Numbered from the stretch's first letter, positions 44,605 to 55,230 are shown. The stretch is 64,000 nucleotides of DNA from an uncultured Bacteroidales bacterium (GCA_963789465.1 CAWBLL010000009.1:406087-470086); one strand, 5' to 3'. The notes: generated by a model from the sequence alone, not told the origin. Program-made: numbers and translations.

Positions 44605-47235
44605 TCAGGATTTCCCGATCAGGAGGGCAGCTTTTGAGAGTGCCTGAGGTATGCCCCCCGGGTTTTTCCCTCCGGCTGTTGCCAGAAATGGCTGGCCACC
44701 ACCGCCTCCGTTAATTTCTCCGGATATCTCCTTAATTATTGCGACAGCATTTAAATTCTTCTTATTGATGAGACCATCACTTACCATGACCAGCAGGTTT
44801 GCCTTGCCCATATTCTCTGAGCCTATCACAAGTACTGTATTGTCAGATGAGTTTCTGGCGAGGAAAGCAATATTTTTCAGAACATCTGCCGATTCAGCCT
44901 GAACCTTGCCGGATACGAATTTTATATTATTAATTATCACAGACTTTTCTTCGAGCTCCCTGAGCATTGTTGCTGCTGCCTGCACCTGGTATTTTTCAAC
45001 TGATTTTTTCAGGGCATTGTTTTCCGAAATCAGCTTCCCCAGACTTTCAGTTACGTTGCCCGTGCTTTTAAGAAGAGCTGCAATCTCTTCCATCTGGTAT
45101 AATCGTTCATTAATATAATCTTCAGCTTTTTTGGCAGTCACAGCTTCAATTCTTCTTATTCCTGAGGCAATGGCACCTTCTGAGACTATCTTGACAATGC
45201 CGATTGTACCGGTTGAGGTAACATGGGTACCTCCACAGAGTTCCACAGAATTGCCGAATTCGACCATTCTGACGGTATCCCCGTATTTTTCCCCGAACAG
45301 GGCTATGGCTCCCATCGACTTGGCCTTTTCAATAGAAATCCCTTCAGTGACTTTACGCGGGTGGTCTTCCCTAACCATCCTGTTAACCAGTGTTTCGATC
45401 CTGGATAATTCTTCTCTGGTTACTTTGCTGAAATGGCTGAAGTCAAAGCGAAGGCGGTCGGGTGTTACCAATGACCCTTTTTGTTCTACATGACTTCCTA
45501 ATACGACTCTTAATGCATTGTGGATCAAATGTGTAGCTGTATGGTTATTGGCAGTCATAAGTCGTTTTTCTGCATTCACAACTGCTTTGAATACAAGTGA
45601 TGGATCAGAGGGGAGACTCCTGGCCTGATGTATTATCAGGTTATTTTCCTTAAATGTATTCGTAATTGTTATTCTGTCCCTTGTTGAGATCAGCTCTCCT
45701 GTATCGCCGACCTGACCTCCGGATTCGGCATAAAAAGGCGTTTTGTTCAAGACTATGTGGTAGCCTTCCTTACCCTTGGTCTTTACCGTGCGGTACCTGG
45801 TTATGATCACATTGTCCTCCAGCTCGTCGTATCCTGTGAATTGTGTTCCTTCAATGTCGTTTATAATTTTCCAGTCTGCAGTTGTTACGGAGGCATCCTC
45901 TCTGGACCGTTCCTTCTGGTTTTTCATCTCCTCCTCAAATCCCGTATAGTCGAGGTCCATATTGTTCTCCTTGAGTATCAGTTGTGTAAGGTCGACAGGA
46001 AATCCAAAGGTATCATACATCTCAAATGCAATTTTTCCAGGCATCGTGTGCTTTTTGAGCTTTTTCAGATCTTCAATAACTATTTCAATCATCTTCAGGC
46101 CTTTGCCGAGTGTTTTTAAAAAGGCTGCCTCCTCTTCCAGAATAATTTTTGAGATCTGCTCCTTTCCCGTGATCAGCTCCGGATATTGGTTCCCCATTGT
46201 CGCGGCTAGTACGGGTACAAGCCTGTAAATGAAAGGATCCTCCATGTCCAGGCTGTTATAGCCATATCGCACCGCGCGTCGAAGAATCCGTCTTATTACA
46301 TACCCGGCTTTATTGTTTGAAGGAAGCTGGCCGTCAGCAATTGAAAATGCCACGGCTCTCAGGTGATCCGCCACTACCCGTAGGGCTATATCCCATTGTT
46401 TATTTTTACCATAGGTTTTTCCCGTAATGGCCGATGCTTCCCCGATTATGGACTGGAATATATCAGTTTCATAATTTGATTTTTTGCCCTGTATCACCAT
46501 GCATAGCCTTTCGAATCCCATCCCAGTATCGACATGTTTTGAAGGTAGCTGTTCCAGTACTCCGTCGGCCCTTCTGTTATACTGGATGAATACCAGATTC
46601 CAGATCTCAATGACATGAGGATGTCCTTTGTTTACAAGATCTTTGCCCGGGATCTTCTTTCTTTCTTCATCATCCCTAATGTCTATGTGAATTTCAGAAC
46701 AGGGGCCGCAGGGACCTGTTTCACCCATCTCCCAGAAGTTATCTTTTGCAGATCCTTCGATTATTCTGCCTTCCGGATTTGTGAAACATTTTTCCCAATG
46801 CCCGAATGATTCATCATCTCGTTGTACTCCATCGGCAATATTTCCTTCAAAGATTGTTGCATATAGCCTGTCTTCAGGAATGCCCAGCCTGTGAACGAGG
46901 AGCTCCCAGCCCCAGCTGATAGCTTCTTTCTTGAAATAGTCGCCAAAAGACCAGTTTCCAAGCATTTCAAACATGGTATGGTGGTAGGTATCGTGGCCAA
47001 CCTCCTCCAGATCATTGTGTTTTCCGGATACCCTGAGGCACTTCTGTGAGTTTGCAACCCTCTTATTCAGAGCTTGCTGATTCCCGAGGAAAATGTCCTT
47101 GAACTGATTCATACCCGCATTGGTGAACATCAATGTAGGGTCATTTCTGACTATCATTGGGGCTGATGGGACTATCAGATGACCTTTTGCTTCAAAGAAT
47201 TCAAAAAACAACTTCCTCAGTTCCTGTGCCTTCAT
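44605..47235 (-). CDS. alaS: Alanine--tRNA ligase
   Basis: MKAQELRKLFFEFFEAKGH... canonical AlaS N-terminus; HHTMFEMLGNWSFGDYFK; editing-domain HTATHL. Start trimmed to the ATG at 47235. The 77 codons upstream in the ORF track overlap the divergent promoter region. Confidence 0.95.
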   Translation of the reverse strand: MKAQELRKLFFEFFEAKGHLIVPSAPMIVRNDPTLMFTNAGMNQFKDIFLGNQQALNKRVANSQKCLRVSGKHNDLEEVGHDTYHHTMFEMLGNWSFGDYFKKEAISWGWELLVHRLGIPEDRLYATIFEGNIADGVQRDDESFGHWEKCFTNPEGRIIEGSAKDNFWEMGETGPCGPCSEIHIDIRDDEERKKIPGKDLVNKGHPHVIEIWNLVFIQYNRRADGVLEQLPSKHVDTGMGFERLCMVIQGKKSNYETDIFQSIIGEASAITGKTYGKNKQWDIALRVVADHLRAVAFSIADGQLPSNNKAGYVIRRILRRAVRYGYNSLDMEDPFIYRLVPVLAATMGNQYPELITGKEQISKIILEEEAAFLKTLGKGLKMIEIVIEDLKKLKKHTMPGKIAFEMYDTFGFPVDLTQLILKENNMDLDYTGFEEEMKNQKERSREDASVTTADWKIINDIEGTQFTGYDELEDNVIITRYRTVKTKGKEGYHIVLNKTPFYAESGGQVGDTGELISTRDRITITNTFKENNLIIHQARSLPSDPSLVFKAVVNAEKRLMTANNHTATHLIHNALRVVLGSHVEQKGSLVTPDRLRFDFSHFSKVTREELSRIETLVNRMVREDHPRKVTEGISIEKAKSMGAIALFGEKYGDTVRMVEFGNSVELCGGTHVTSTGTIGIVKIVSEGAIASGIRRIEAVTAKKAEDYINERLYQMEEIAALLKSTGNVTESLGKLISENNALKKSVEKYQVQAAATMLRELEEKSVIINNIKFVSGKVQAESADVLKNIAFLARNSSDNTVLVIGSENMGKANLLVMVSDGLINKKNLNAVAIIKEISGEINGGGGGQPFLATAGGKNPGGIPQALSKAALLIGKS

Positions 47236-47344
47236 ACTAATAATCATTGTGTTAATTAAATAAATCTTGAAATTGGCTTGTAAAATTAGTTTATTTGATT
47301 TAGATTTGCCCGAACAATAAAGAAAATTCAATAATCGTCTGCCT

Positions 47345-48313
47345 TTGCAACGAAACAGGAAATATGTATTCGACTTTGCTGATCTACAATTCAAGCAGAT
47401 TAAGCTGCCTTGGAAAATAAAGATATTCCGATCATTCCTGTGGATTGCTTTATCTGTTCTGGTCACCTTATTCTACGGCTTTATTTTCAGGAATATTTTT
47501 GGTTCTCCCAAGGAGAAGCTGCTCAATATGCAGCTTGAAAACATCAAGCTGGAGTATTCTATTGTAGGTCATCAGCTGGATAATTCAGTTGCCATGCTCC
47601 ATGGATTCCGGTTGTCTGATGACAGACGCTATCGTCCGATACTTGACATGGACAGTGTACCTGAATCTTATAGAAAAGCCGGATATGGCGGCGTTGACAG
47701 GTTCCGGGATCTTACCGGCTATATGAATTCTGATTTGCTGATTTCATACAGGTCAAAGCTTGAAGCGATTAAAAATCAGGCGAATATTCAAATGGAATCT
47801 TTCAGGTCGATAGGCGAGATGGCAGTTGAATGGAAGAGAGAGGTTGACCATCAGCCGATGATAAGTCCTGTAGATGTTAAATTCCGTCTTGGTGACGGCT
47901 TTAAGTTCAGGGAAGTTCATCCCGTGCTTGGAACGCCCAGGATGCACTATGGTCAGGATTTTTCTGTTCCATATGGTACAGATGTCCATGCTACCGGTGA
48001 CGGAACAATAATAGAATCGGGATGGAACTCGGGAGGTTTCGGAAATTACATAGTTATTGATCATGGTTACGGGCTGCAGACTACATATGGTCACCTGAGC
48101 CAGATTAAAGTCTCGAAAGGAATGAATGTAAAAAGAGGCGACCTCATAGGCCTGAGCGGAAATACCGGAACATCTTCCGGGCCGCATTTGCATTACCAGA
48201 TCGATCAGTTCGGACAACACAAAAATCCGGTAAACTTTTTTAACAATGATATTTCGGCGGATGAGTATAATGAGATGATCCAGACACTGGGATCAAAATC
48301 CAAATTCAGGTAG
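47345..48313 (+). CDS. M23 family metallopeptidase (LytM-type), membrane-anchored
   Basis: HYGQDF ... GNTGTSSGPHLHYQI. N-terminal TM helix. The TTG start is inferred because the N-terminus (KYVFDFADLQFKQIKL) aligns with the paralogue's KYKFNPDSLSYDRIRL. Confidence 0.8.
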   Translation: MQRNRKYVFDFADLQFKQIKLPWKIKIFRSFLWIALSVLVTLFYGFIFRNIFGSPKEKLLNMQLENIKLEYSIVGHQLDNSVAMLHGFRLSDDRRYRPILDMDSVPESYRKAGYGGVDRFRDLTGYMNSDLLISYRSKLEAIKNQANIQMESFRSIGEMAVEWKREVDHQPMISPVDVKFRLGDGFKFREVHPVLGTPRMHYGQDFSVPYGTDVHATGDGTIIESGWNSGGFGNYIVIDHGYGLQTTYGHLSQIKVSKGMNVKRGDLIGLSGNTGTSSGPHLHYQIDQFGQHKNPVNFFNNDISADEYNEMIQTLGSKSKFR

Positions 48314-48403
48314 TAAGCTGCCCGAATTATCATCCCCAGATTAATCACCACTTCCATTCATTGAATTTCATAATTTTCAGAATTGAATTATCTTTGACAA
48401 ATT

Positions 48404-49375
48404 ATGACACCTACAAAATATAAATTCAATCCGGATTCTCTAAGCTATGACAGGATAAGGCTTGGAATCGGTGAAATTCTATTAAGATTTCTGGCTTATT
48501 TTGTTGGTTCAATGCTTGTTGCCGTGCTTTATTGGGTCATCTTTGCGGCATTCTTCGACTCACCCAAGGAAAAGGCCCTTGAACGTGAACTGGAACAGCT
48601 GACAATACAGTACGACCTTATTAACCGGGAGATGGGAAACGTTGAAAATGTTCTGGACGACCTCCAGAAGACGGATGATAATCTCTACCGTACCATTTTT
48701 GAAGCAGAGCCAATTCCCCCAACTCTAAGGAATGGAGGGGTGGGAGGTGTTAACAGGTATAAATCGCTCGAGGGATATGAGAATTCAAGCCTTGTGATAG
48801 AAACCGCGAACCGGCTTGATAAGATCAGAAAAAAAGTTTATGTTCAGTCAAAGTCATTCGATGCCCTCATTGACCTGGCAAAAAATAAGGGAGATATGCT
48901 CAGATGTGTACCTGCTATCATTCCTGTCTCAAGCAAGGATCTGACCAGAATAGCATCTGGTTTTGGCCTGAGGATTCATCCCATATACAAGATTATAAAA
49001 TTTCATTACGGTATGGATTTTACTGCTCCGGCCGGAACTGATGTATATGCAACGGGTAACGGAGTTGTTGCTGAGGTTGAGTCATCCCAAAGAGGCCTCG
49101 GAAAACATATTATTATTGATCATGGATTCGGATACTCAAGTATCTATGCTCACCTGAGCAATTTTAACGTGAGGGTCGGCCAGAAGGTACAAAGGGGAGA
49201 CATTATAGGATTTGTTGGTAATACAGGAACTTCAATAGCAAATCACCTTCATTATGAGATAAAGCTCAATGGAGTGAATGTTGATCCGGTCAATTACTAT
49301 TTTGAAGATCTGACTCCTTCAGAATATGAAAGATTGATAGAGATCGCATCCAAAACCGGACAGTCTTTTGATTAG
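48404..49375 (+). CDS. M23 family metallopeptidase (tandem paralogue)
   Basis: HYGMDF ... GNTGTSIANHLHYEI. Same architecture as the upstream gene. Confidence 0.85.
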   Translation: MTPTKYKFNPDSLSYDRIRLGIGEILLRFLAYFVGSMLVAVLYWVIFAAFFDSPKEKALERELEQLTIQYDLINREMGNVENVLDDLQKTDDNLYRTIFEAEPIPPTLRNGGVGGVNRYKSLEGYENSSLVIETANRLDKIRKKVYVQSKSFDALIDLAKNKGDMLRCVPAIIPVSSKDLTRIASGFGLRIHPIYKIIKFHYGMDFTAPAGTDVYATGNGVVAEVESSQRGLGKHIIIDHGFGYSSIYAHLSNFNVRVGQKVQRGDIIGFVGNTGTSIANHLHYEIKLNGVNVDPVNYYFEDLTPSEYERLIEIASKTGQSFD

Positions 49376-49392
49376 GTATTTTATTTTATTAT

Positions 49393-50490
49393 ATGACTAA
49401 ATCGCCGGGACTAATTCTGATATTGTTCCTGTTACTTAACAGTTCTCAAATACTGATTTCCTCACCTTCCCTGAAAGATGGAACTGTCTGTTCCGCAGAT
49501 ACAATGGTATCACAGCGGGAAATAATAATAACCGGTGTAGGCGATATTATGCTCGGATCTTCATTCCCGGATTCCAGGCGGCTCCCCCCGTTTGATAATC
49601 CCTTTCTGCTTCTGCAAAGTGTTGCAGATACCCTCTCATCTTCAGATATCACATTCGGCAACCTGGAGGGATCTTTCCTCAACAGCGGTGAACCATGGAA
49701 GAAATGCCGGGATACAACTATTTGTTACCTTTTCAGAATGCCGGAAAGATACGTTTCGGCACTTACCTCCTCAGGTTTCAATTTACTTAGTGTTGCCAAC
49801 AATCACTTCGGTGATTTCGGGATACCGGGCAGGACAAGAACGATGCATATTCTGGATTCAGCAGGGATTAAGTATGCAGGACTTCTTGAACACCCCTGGT
49901 CTATTTTCAGGAAGGATTCGGTCCTTTACGGATTTTGTGCTTTTGCCCCCAATGCAGGGACAGTGAACATCAACGATACAGCAAAGGCTGCATCAATTGT
50001 CAGGATGCTGGCGGATACTTGTGATATTGTAATAGTCTCATTTCATGGTGGTGCTGAAGGCGCTGATTATCAGCATGTACCTAAAACAAATGAAATTTTT
50101 CACGGCGAGGACAGGGGAGATGTTTATCATTTTGCCCATGCCATGATTGATAATGGTGCAGATGTCGTTTTTGGTCACGGACCACATGTCAGCCGTGCCA
50201 TTGAGGTCTACAGGGATCGTTTCATAAGTTACAGCATGGGTAATTTCTGCACATACGGCCGGATAAATCTTAATGGGCCTAATGGTCTCAGCCCGATCGT
50301 GAAAATTAAAGTCGATCTCTCCGGCAGATTTTTGTCAGGCAGAATAATTCCTGTTTACCAGTCATGGCCGGGAGGTGTAAAATATGACTGTAACAGAAGA
50401 GTAATCGGTAAAATACGTGATCTTATGGCTGCCGATATTCCTGATAACACAATTAAACTCTCCGAGAGCGGAGACATAACCTATAAGTAG
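49393..50490 (+). CDS. CapA family (PGA_cap metallophosphatase-like) protein
   Basis: Signal peptide. GDIMLG...FGNLE...ANNH...SFHGG...GHGPH pattern typical of CapA-type proteins. Confidence 0.75.
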   Translation: MTKSPGLILILFLLLNSSQILISSPSLKDGTVCSADTMVSQREIIITGVGDIMLGSSFPDSRRLPPFDNPFLLLQSVADTLSSSDITFGNLEGSFLNSGEPWKKCRDTTICYLFRMPERYVSALTSSGFNLLSVANNHFGDFGIPGRTRTMHILDSAGIKYAGLLEHPWSIFRKDSVLYGFCAFAPNAGTVNINDTAKAASIVRMLADTCDIVIVSFHGGAEGADYQHVPKTNEIFHGEDRGDVYHFAHAMIDNGADVVFGHGPHVSRAIEVYRDRFISYSMGNFCTYGRINLNGPNGLSPIVKIKVDLSGRFLSGRIIPVYQSWPGGVKYDCNRRVIGKIRDLMAADIPDNTIKLSESGDITYK

Positions 50491-50495
50491 TTGTA

Positions 50496-50831
50496 ATGCC
50501 ATACAAGGAAAAAAAGGTCGAAAAGCTCTTCTATTCAATAGGAGAAGTCGCAGAAATGCTTAATGTGCCCATCTCGACAGTAAGATTCTGGGAAAACGAA
50601 TTCGCAATTCTCAAGCCCATGAAAAATAAAAAGGGCAACAGGCTTTTTACTCCCGGGGATATTAAAAACCTGAGGATAATACATCATCTGATTAAAGATG
50701 AGGGGATGACTCTTGCAGGAACGAGGAAGAAACTCTCCGAGAAATGGGACGAGACTGATCATACATTTGAAATAAGCGAAACTCTTCTGAGAATCAAATC
50801 AATGCTTCTCGACATGAGAGACAGTATGTGA
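50496..50831 (+). CDS. MerR family transcriptional regulator
   Basis: YSIGEVAEMLNVPISTVRFWENEF HTH. 111 aa. Confidence 0.8.
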   Translation: MPYKEKKVEKLFYSIGEVAEMLNVPISTVRFWENEFAILKPMKNKKGNRLFTPGDIKNLRIIHHLIKDEGMTLAGTRKKLSEKWDETDHTFEISETLLRIKSMLLDMRDSM

Positions 50832-50835
50832 AATT

Positions 50836-51930
50836 ATGAAGCTATCTGAAATTTGTCAATATCTTGATACTGTCATCCCTCTGTCTTTCCAGGAAGATTA
50901 TGATAATGCAGGCTTGCAGGTGGGAATACCAGGCCGCAAAATATCATCTTCTTTATTGACAATTGATGTAACCGAAGAGGTACTTCAGGAGGCAGTAAGT
51001 AATGGATGTGATCTGATTATTTCCCATCACCCCTTGCTTTTCAGGGGTGTGAAAAAAATAACCGGAGGATCAAGTACTGAAAGAATACTGGCCATGGCAA
51101 TAAAAGAGGATATTGCAATATATTCTGCACATACCAACCTGGATGCAATGGGCTTTGGCGTAAGCAGGAAGATGGCCGTGAAAATCAACCTGGGTAATGT
51201 CAAAGTACTGGCTCCATTACAGAACAGGTTGCTCAAGCTTGTCACATATATTCCGGAATCTCACCTTGAAAAAGTTAGAAGTGCCTTGTTTGAGGCGGGT
51301 GCAGGTGTAATAGGAAATTATGACCGGTGTGGCTTCACACTGGAAGGACAGGGTAGTTTCAGGGCAGGTGAAAAGGCACATCCCTTTGTTGGAGAAGCAG
51401 GTAAGTTTCATATCGAAAATGAGATCAGGTTGGAGACTGTACTTTTTTCCCACCTTAAAACCGCTGTTATTAAAGCACTTCTCGATTCTCATCCGTATGA
51501 AGAAGTAGCTTTTGATCTTTACCGGCTTGAAAACGACAACATTGAAGAAGGGCTGGGATGTGTCGGGGAGTTCGAGCAGCCAATAGAAGAGATCGATTTT
51601 CTGAACCTTATAGCATCTGTGTTCGATGCCCGTGGAGTAAAGCATTCCAGGCAAGCCGGGCGGCCTGTGAAGAAGGTTGCGCTCTGCGGCGGCTCAGGGT
51701 CTTCCCTGATCAGCTCTGCAATACGCTCCGGAGCCGATGCTTTTGTGACAGCTGATATCAGATATCATGATTATTTCGAGGCAGAGAATGTGATACTGCT
51801 TGTCGACGCGGGACATTTTGAAACTGAAAAATTCACTACAGAAATTTTATACGATCTAATTATCAAAAAATTCCCTAAATTTGCAGTCCGGTTTTCTGAA
51901 ACAAATACAAATCCAATAAATTATTTGTAA
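50836..51930 (+). CDS. Nif3-like dinuclear metal centre protein (YbgI/GTP cyclohydrolase 1 type 2 homologue)
   Basis: DNAGLQVG, ISHHPLLFRG, AHTNLD and a PII-like insert. 364 aa. Confidence 0.85.
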   Translation: MKLSEICQYLDTVIPLSFQEDYDNAGLQVGIPGRKISSSLLTIDVTEEVLQEAVSNGCDLIISHHPLLFRGVKKITGGSSTERILAMAIKEDIAIYSAHTNLDAMGFGVSRKMAVKINLGNVKVLAPLQNRLLKLVTYIPESHLEKVRSALFEAGAGVIGNYDRCGFTLEGQGSFRAGEKAHPFVGEAGKFHIENEIRLETVLFSHLKTAVIKALLDSHPYEEVAFDLYRLENDNIEEGLGCVGEFEQPIEEIDFLNLIASVFDARGVKHSRQAGRPVKKVALCGGSGSSLISSAIRSGADAFVTADIRYHDYFEAENVILLVDAGHFETEKFTTEILYDLIIKKFPKFAVRFSETNTNPINYL

Positions 51931-51932
51931 AT

Positions 51933-52697
51933 ATGGAAAAAGTAAAAACGCATGAGTCTGAAATTTCTGTGGAGGATAGACTAAGAGCATTGTATAGCCT
52001 TCAGCTGGTTGATTCAGAGATTGATAAAATAAAGACCCTCAGGGGGGAATTACCCCTTGAAGTTCAGGATCTGGAGGATGAAATTGAAGGACTCGAAACC
52101 AGGCTGGGGCATCTGAAGGATGAAGTCCTGAACCTGGAAAAAGCTGTTGCAAAGAAGCATAATGAGATCACTGATGCAGAAAATCTTATAAAAAAGTACG
52201 AAGAACAGCAGAAAAATGTAAGGAATAACAGGGAATTTGATTCTCTCTCGAAGGAAATTGAATTCCAGAATCTGGAAATTGAATTATTCAACAAGAAGAT
52301 CAAAGAGTTCAACTTTCAGATTGATGAAAAGAGACTGGTTATAACAGAATCTGAAGCTGCTCTTTCAGAACGCAAGACAGATCTTGAAAATAAGAAATCA
52401 GAGCTTGATGAAATAATATCTGATACCCAAAAAGAGGAAGAGGGTTTATACAAAAAGCTTGAAACTATTGAGGAAATAATAGAAGACAGACTGCTTACTG
52501 CCTATAAACGCATCCGGGCCAACGCACGCAATGGCCTGGCCGTTGTTCCTGTGCAGAGGGATGCCTGCGGTGGCTGCTTCAACCAGATTCCTCCACAGCG
52601 GCAACTTGACATAAAATCAAGAAAAAAAATAATTGTATGCGAGTATTGCGGAAGAATACTTGTTGATGACGAAATAATCCAGGAAGGACATATTTAG
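51933..52697 (+). CDS. Coiled-coil protein with C-terminal C4 zinc ribbon (COG1579-type, usual Nif3 neighbour)
   Basis: Long heptad region. C-terminal CGGC...CEYCGRIL. Confidence 0.75.
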   Translation: MEKVKTHESEISVEDRLRALYSLQLVDSEIDKIKTLRGELPLEVQDLEDEIEGLETRLGHLKDEVLNLEKAVAKKHNEITDAENLIKKYEEQQKNVRNNREFDSLSKEIEFQNLEIELFNKKIKEFNFQIDEKRLVITESEAALSERKTDLENKKSELDEIISDTQKEEEGLYKKLETIEEIIEDRLLTAYKRIRANARNGLAVVPVQRDACGGCFNQIPPQRQLDIKSRKKIIVCEYCGRILVDDEIIQEGHI

Positions 52698-52716
52698 AAA
52701 TAGCCCAATCAAAAAG

Positions 52717-52754
52717 GAAAGCTGACTCATAAAGGGTCAGCTTTCTTGTTTTTT
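52717..52754 (+). terminator. Intrinsic terminator
   Basis: gaaagctgac-tcataaagg-gtcagctttc followed by ttgtttttt. Confidence 0.7.
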
Positions 52755-52778
52755 CTAACTTTACCTCATAATTCAGCA

Positions 52779-54821
52779 ATGATTATGAAAATATCTGATT
52801 TCAGACGGCTGGTGGCCGAAGGAATACCCGATGAACTACCGGGTACAAAACCCTGCGATAATATTCTGAACCATGCGCCCAAACGGAAGGATGTTTTAAA
52901 TGGTCAGGAAAAAAGACTTGCTGTTAAAAATGCTCTCAGGTATTTTCCGGTCAGATTCCATCAGGTGCTGGCCAGGGAATTTGCCCGTGAACTTGAATTA
53001 TACGGAAGAATTTACATGTACAGGTTCCGGCCCGATTATGAGATAAAAGCCCGTGCCATTGATGACTATCCCTGCAGAACAAAAAGTGCCGCTGCAATTA
53101 TGCTGATGATATCCAACAATCTTGACAATGATGTGGCGCAACATCCTCATGAACTTATTACCTATGGCGGCAATGGCGCCGTTTTTCAGAATTGGGCCCA
53201 ATACCGTCTGACGATGAAATATCTGTCTGAAATGACCGACCGGCAGACGCTTGTAATGTATTCAGGACATCCCATGGGCCTTTTTCCGTCAAACAGGGAT
53301 GCCCCCAGGGTGGTGGTTACAAATGGAATGGTGATTCCCAATTATTCTTCACCCGATCACTGGGAACGGTTCAATGCTCTGGGAGTATCTCAATATGGTC
53401 AGATGACGGCCGGTTCGTATATGTATATAGGACCGCAGGGCATTGTACACGGGACAACAATTACACTCCTGAATGCTGCGAGGATGTTGGGAATCAATGA
53501 AAAAGCGGAGGCTAAACTTTTTCTGTCATCCGGACTGGGGGGGATGTCGGGGGCACAGCCCAGGGCGGCCGTGATTGCCGGTTTAATATCTGTCATCGCG
53601 GAAGTGAATCCAAAAGCTCTCCGTACCCGTTTTCAGCAGGGGTGGGTCGGGGAAGTGTGCGACAATCCTGATATTCTCGTAACCAGGGTAAGGAAAGCCC
53701 TGGAAACGGGTAAAGCAGTGTCAATCGCCTACGGAGGAAATATAGTGGAAGTATGGGAAAAATTTGCGGATGAGGGTATACATGTCGATATTGGTTCGGA
53801 TCAGACATCGCTCCACAATCCCTGGGCCGGAGGATATTATCCGGCCGGATTAAGCTTTGAGGAATCAAACCGGATGATGACTGAGGATCCTGAAAAGTTC
53901 AGAGAGGCTGTGCGCCAATCGCTAAGAAGACAGGTCGATGCAATAAACAGGCATACGGCAAGGGGTACCTATTTCTTTGACTATGGAAACGCATTTCTTC
54001 TGGAAGCATCCAGGGCAGGAGCCGATATCCTGAAGCCGGATGGGGAATTCAGATATCCTTCATATGTTCAGGATATAATGGGACCACTGTGTTTTGATTT
54101 CGGTTTTGGCCCCTTCAGATGGATCTGTTGTTCCAATGATCCTGCAGACCTGGAAATTACCGACAGGATAGCAGCAGAGCAACTGAAAAGACTGGCTCAG
54201 GGTTCGCCGGATGAGATAAGGATGCAGCTTGAAGACAATATTTTCTGGATTACCAGGGCAGCAGCCAATAATCTTGTGGTAGGCTCACAAGCCAGGATCC
54301 TTTACGCTGATTCGGCTGGAAGGATAGCTATCGCGGAAGCATTCAACAATGCTATTGCCAAAGGACAGATCTCTGCCCCTGTCGTTATTGGAAGAGACCA
54401 TCATGATGTTTCCGGGACCGATTCTCCTTACAGAGAGACTTCCAATATTTATGACGGTTCAAAATTTACCAGCGACATGGCTGTTCAGAATGTTATCGGT
54501 GATTCCTTCAGGGGTGCGACATGGGTATCACTCCACAACGGAGGTGGAGTAGGATGGGGTGAAGTCATAAACGGAGGCTTTGGCATGGTGCTCGACGGAT
54601 CCTCCGATGCAGCAAGGAAACTAAGATTGATGCTCCACTGGGATGTTAACAACGGTATTGCCAGACGAAGCTGGGCCAGGAACCCGTCTGCCATGGCTAC
54701 TTTAAAAAGAGAGATGGAGAGGACTCCCGGTCTTGTTGTAACACTTCCGAATATTGCCGACGATCAGATGATCGAAGAGGCCATGGAGGATTTGCATAAA
54801 GGCGACCGTAATCCGGCATGA
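52779..54821 (+). CDS. hutU: Urocanate hydratase
   Basis: Large conserved enzyme: GGMSGAQP, ELITYGGNG, GSDQTSLHNP. Start trimmed to the ATG at 52779 because the terminator of the upstream gene lies inside the longer ORF. Confidence 0.92.
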   Translation: MIMKISDFRRLVAEGIPDELPGTKPCDNILNHAPKRKDVLNGQEKRLAVKNALRYFPVRFHQVLAREFARELELYGRIYMYRFRPDYEIKARAIDDYPCRTKSAAAIMLMISNNLDNDVAQHPHELITYGGNGAVFQNWAQYRLTMKYLSEMTDRQTLVMYSGHPMGLFPSNRDAPRVVVTNGMVIPNYSSPDHWERFNALGVSQYGQMTAGSYMYIGPQGIVHGTTITLLNAARMLGINEKAEAKLFLSSGLGGMSGAQPRAAVIAGLISVIAEVNPKALRTRFQQGWVGEVCDNPDILVTRVRKALETGKAVSIAYGGNIVEVWEKFADEGIHVDIGSDQTSLHNPWAGGYYPAGLSFEESNRMMTEDPEKFREAVRQSLRRQVDAINRHTARGTYFFDYGNAFLLEASRAGADILKPDGEFRYPSYVQDIMGPLCFDFGFGPFRWICCSNDPADLEITDRIAAEQLKRLAQGSPDEIRMQLEDNIFWITRAAANNLVVGSQARILYADSAGRIAIAEAFNNAIAKGQISAPVVIGRDHHDVSGTDSPYRETSNIYDGSKFTSDMAVQNVIGDSFRGATWVSLHNGGGVGWGEVINGGFGMVLDGSSDAARKLRLMLHWDVNNGIARRSWARNPSAMATLKREMERTPGLVVTLPNIADDQMIEEAMEDLHKGDRNPA

Positions 54822-54840
54822 GTTCATAAATTGCAGCTAA

Positions 54841-54859
54841 CCGGCCTGACATAGGCCGG
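54841..54859. terminator. GC hairpin between convergent genes, a possible bidirectional terminator
   Basis: ccggcc-tgacata-ggccgg. There is no clear T-run, hence the low confidence. Confidence 0.3.
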
Positions 54860-54864
54860 CAAGT

Positions 54865-55230
54865 TCAGAATATCCCTTTCCTGAGCATTGAAAGCATGCA
54901 TTCATTCACAACCTCAATCCCGTTTCTTTTCGCCATTCTGGCAAATTCCGGATTTACTGTTCCCGGATTAAAAATTATCCTTTTGGGTTTTAGGGAAATA
55001 ATAAAATTGTAATATTCCTTTTGATTTTCAGCTGACAGATAAAGGGTTATGGTATGCACGTCTGTAATTCCGCCGGGCATTCCCTTTCTGATGATAATGT
55101 CTCCCAGATCGGCTTCCCTTTTGCCGACGGCAATAACGGGGATATCATTTTGCTGAAGTTTCCTTATGGCATCGTAGGAGAATCTTTCTGGATTTGCACT
55201 TGCTCCCAGAACCAGAGTTTTCTTCTGCAT
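54865..55230 (-). CDS. CoA-binding domain protein (YccU-like)
   Basis: TLVLGASANPERFSYDAIRKL... Rossmann-like CoA_binding_2 pattern. 121 aa. Confidence 0.7.
   Translation of the reverse strand: MQKKTLVLGASANPERFSYDAIRKLQQNDIPVIAVGKREADLGDIIIRKGMPGGITDVHTITLYLSAENQKEYYNFIISLKPKRIIFNPGTVNPEFARMAKRNGIEVVNECMLSMLRKGIF

Noticed and set aside
47236-47466. A 77-codon N-terminal extension of the alaS ORF (ORF-track start 47466)
   Set aside because: The canonical AlaS N-terminus MKAQELRKLFFEFFEAKGH begins at the ATG at 47235. The extension is low-complexity, runs through the divergent promoter region and overlaps the M23 gene start.
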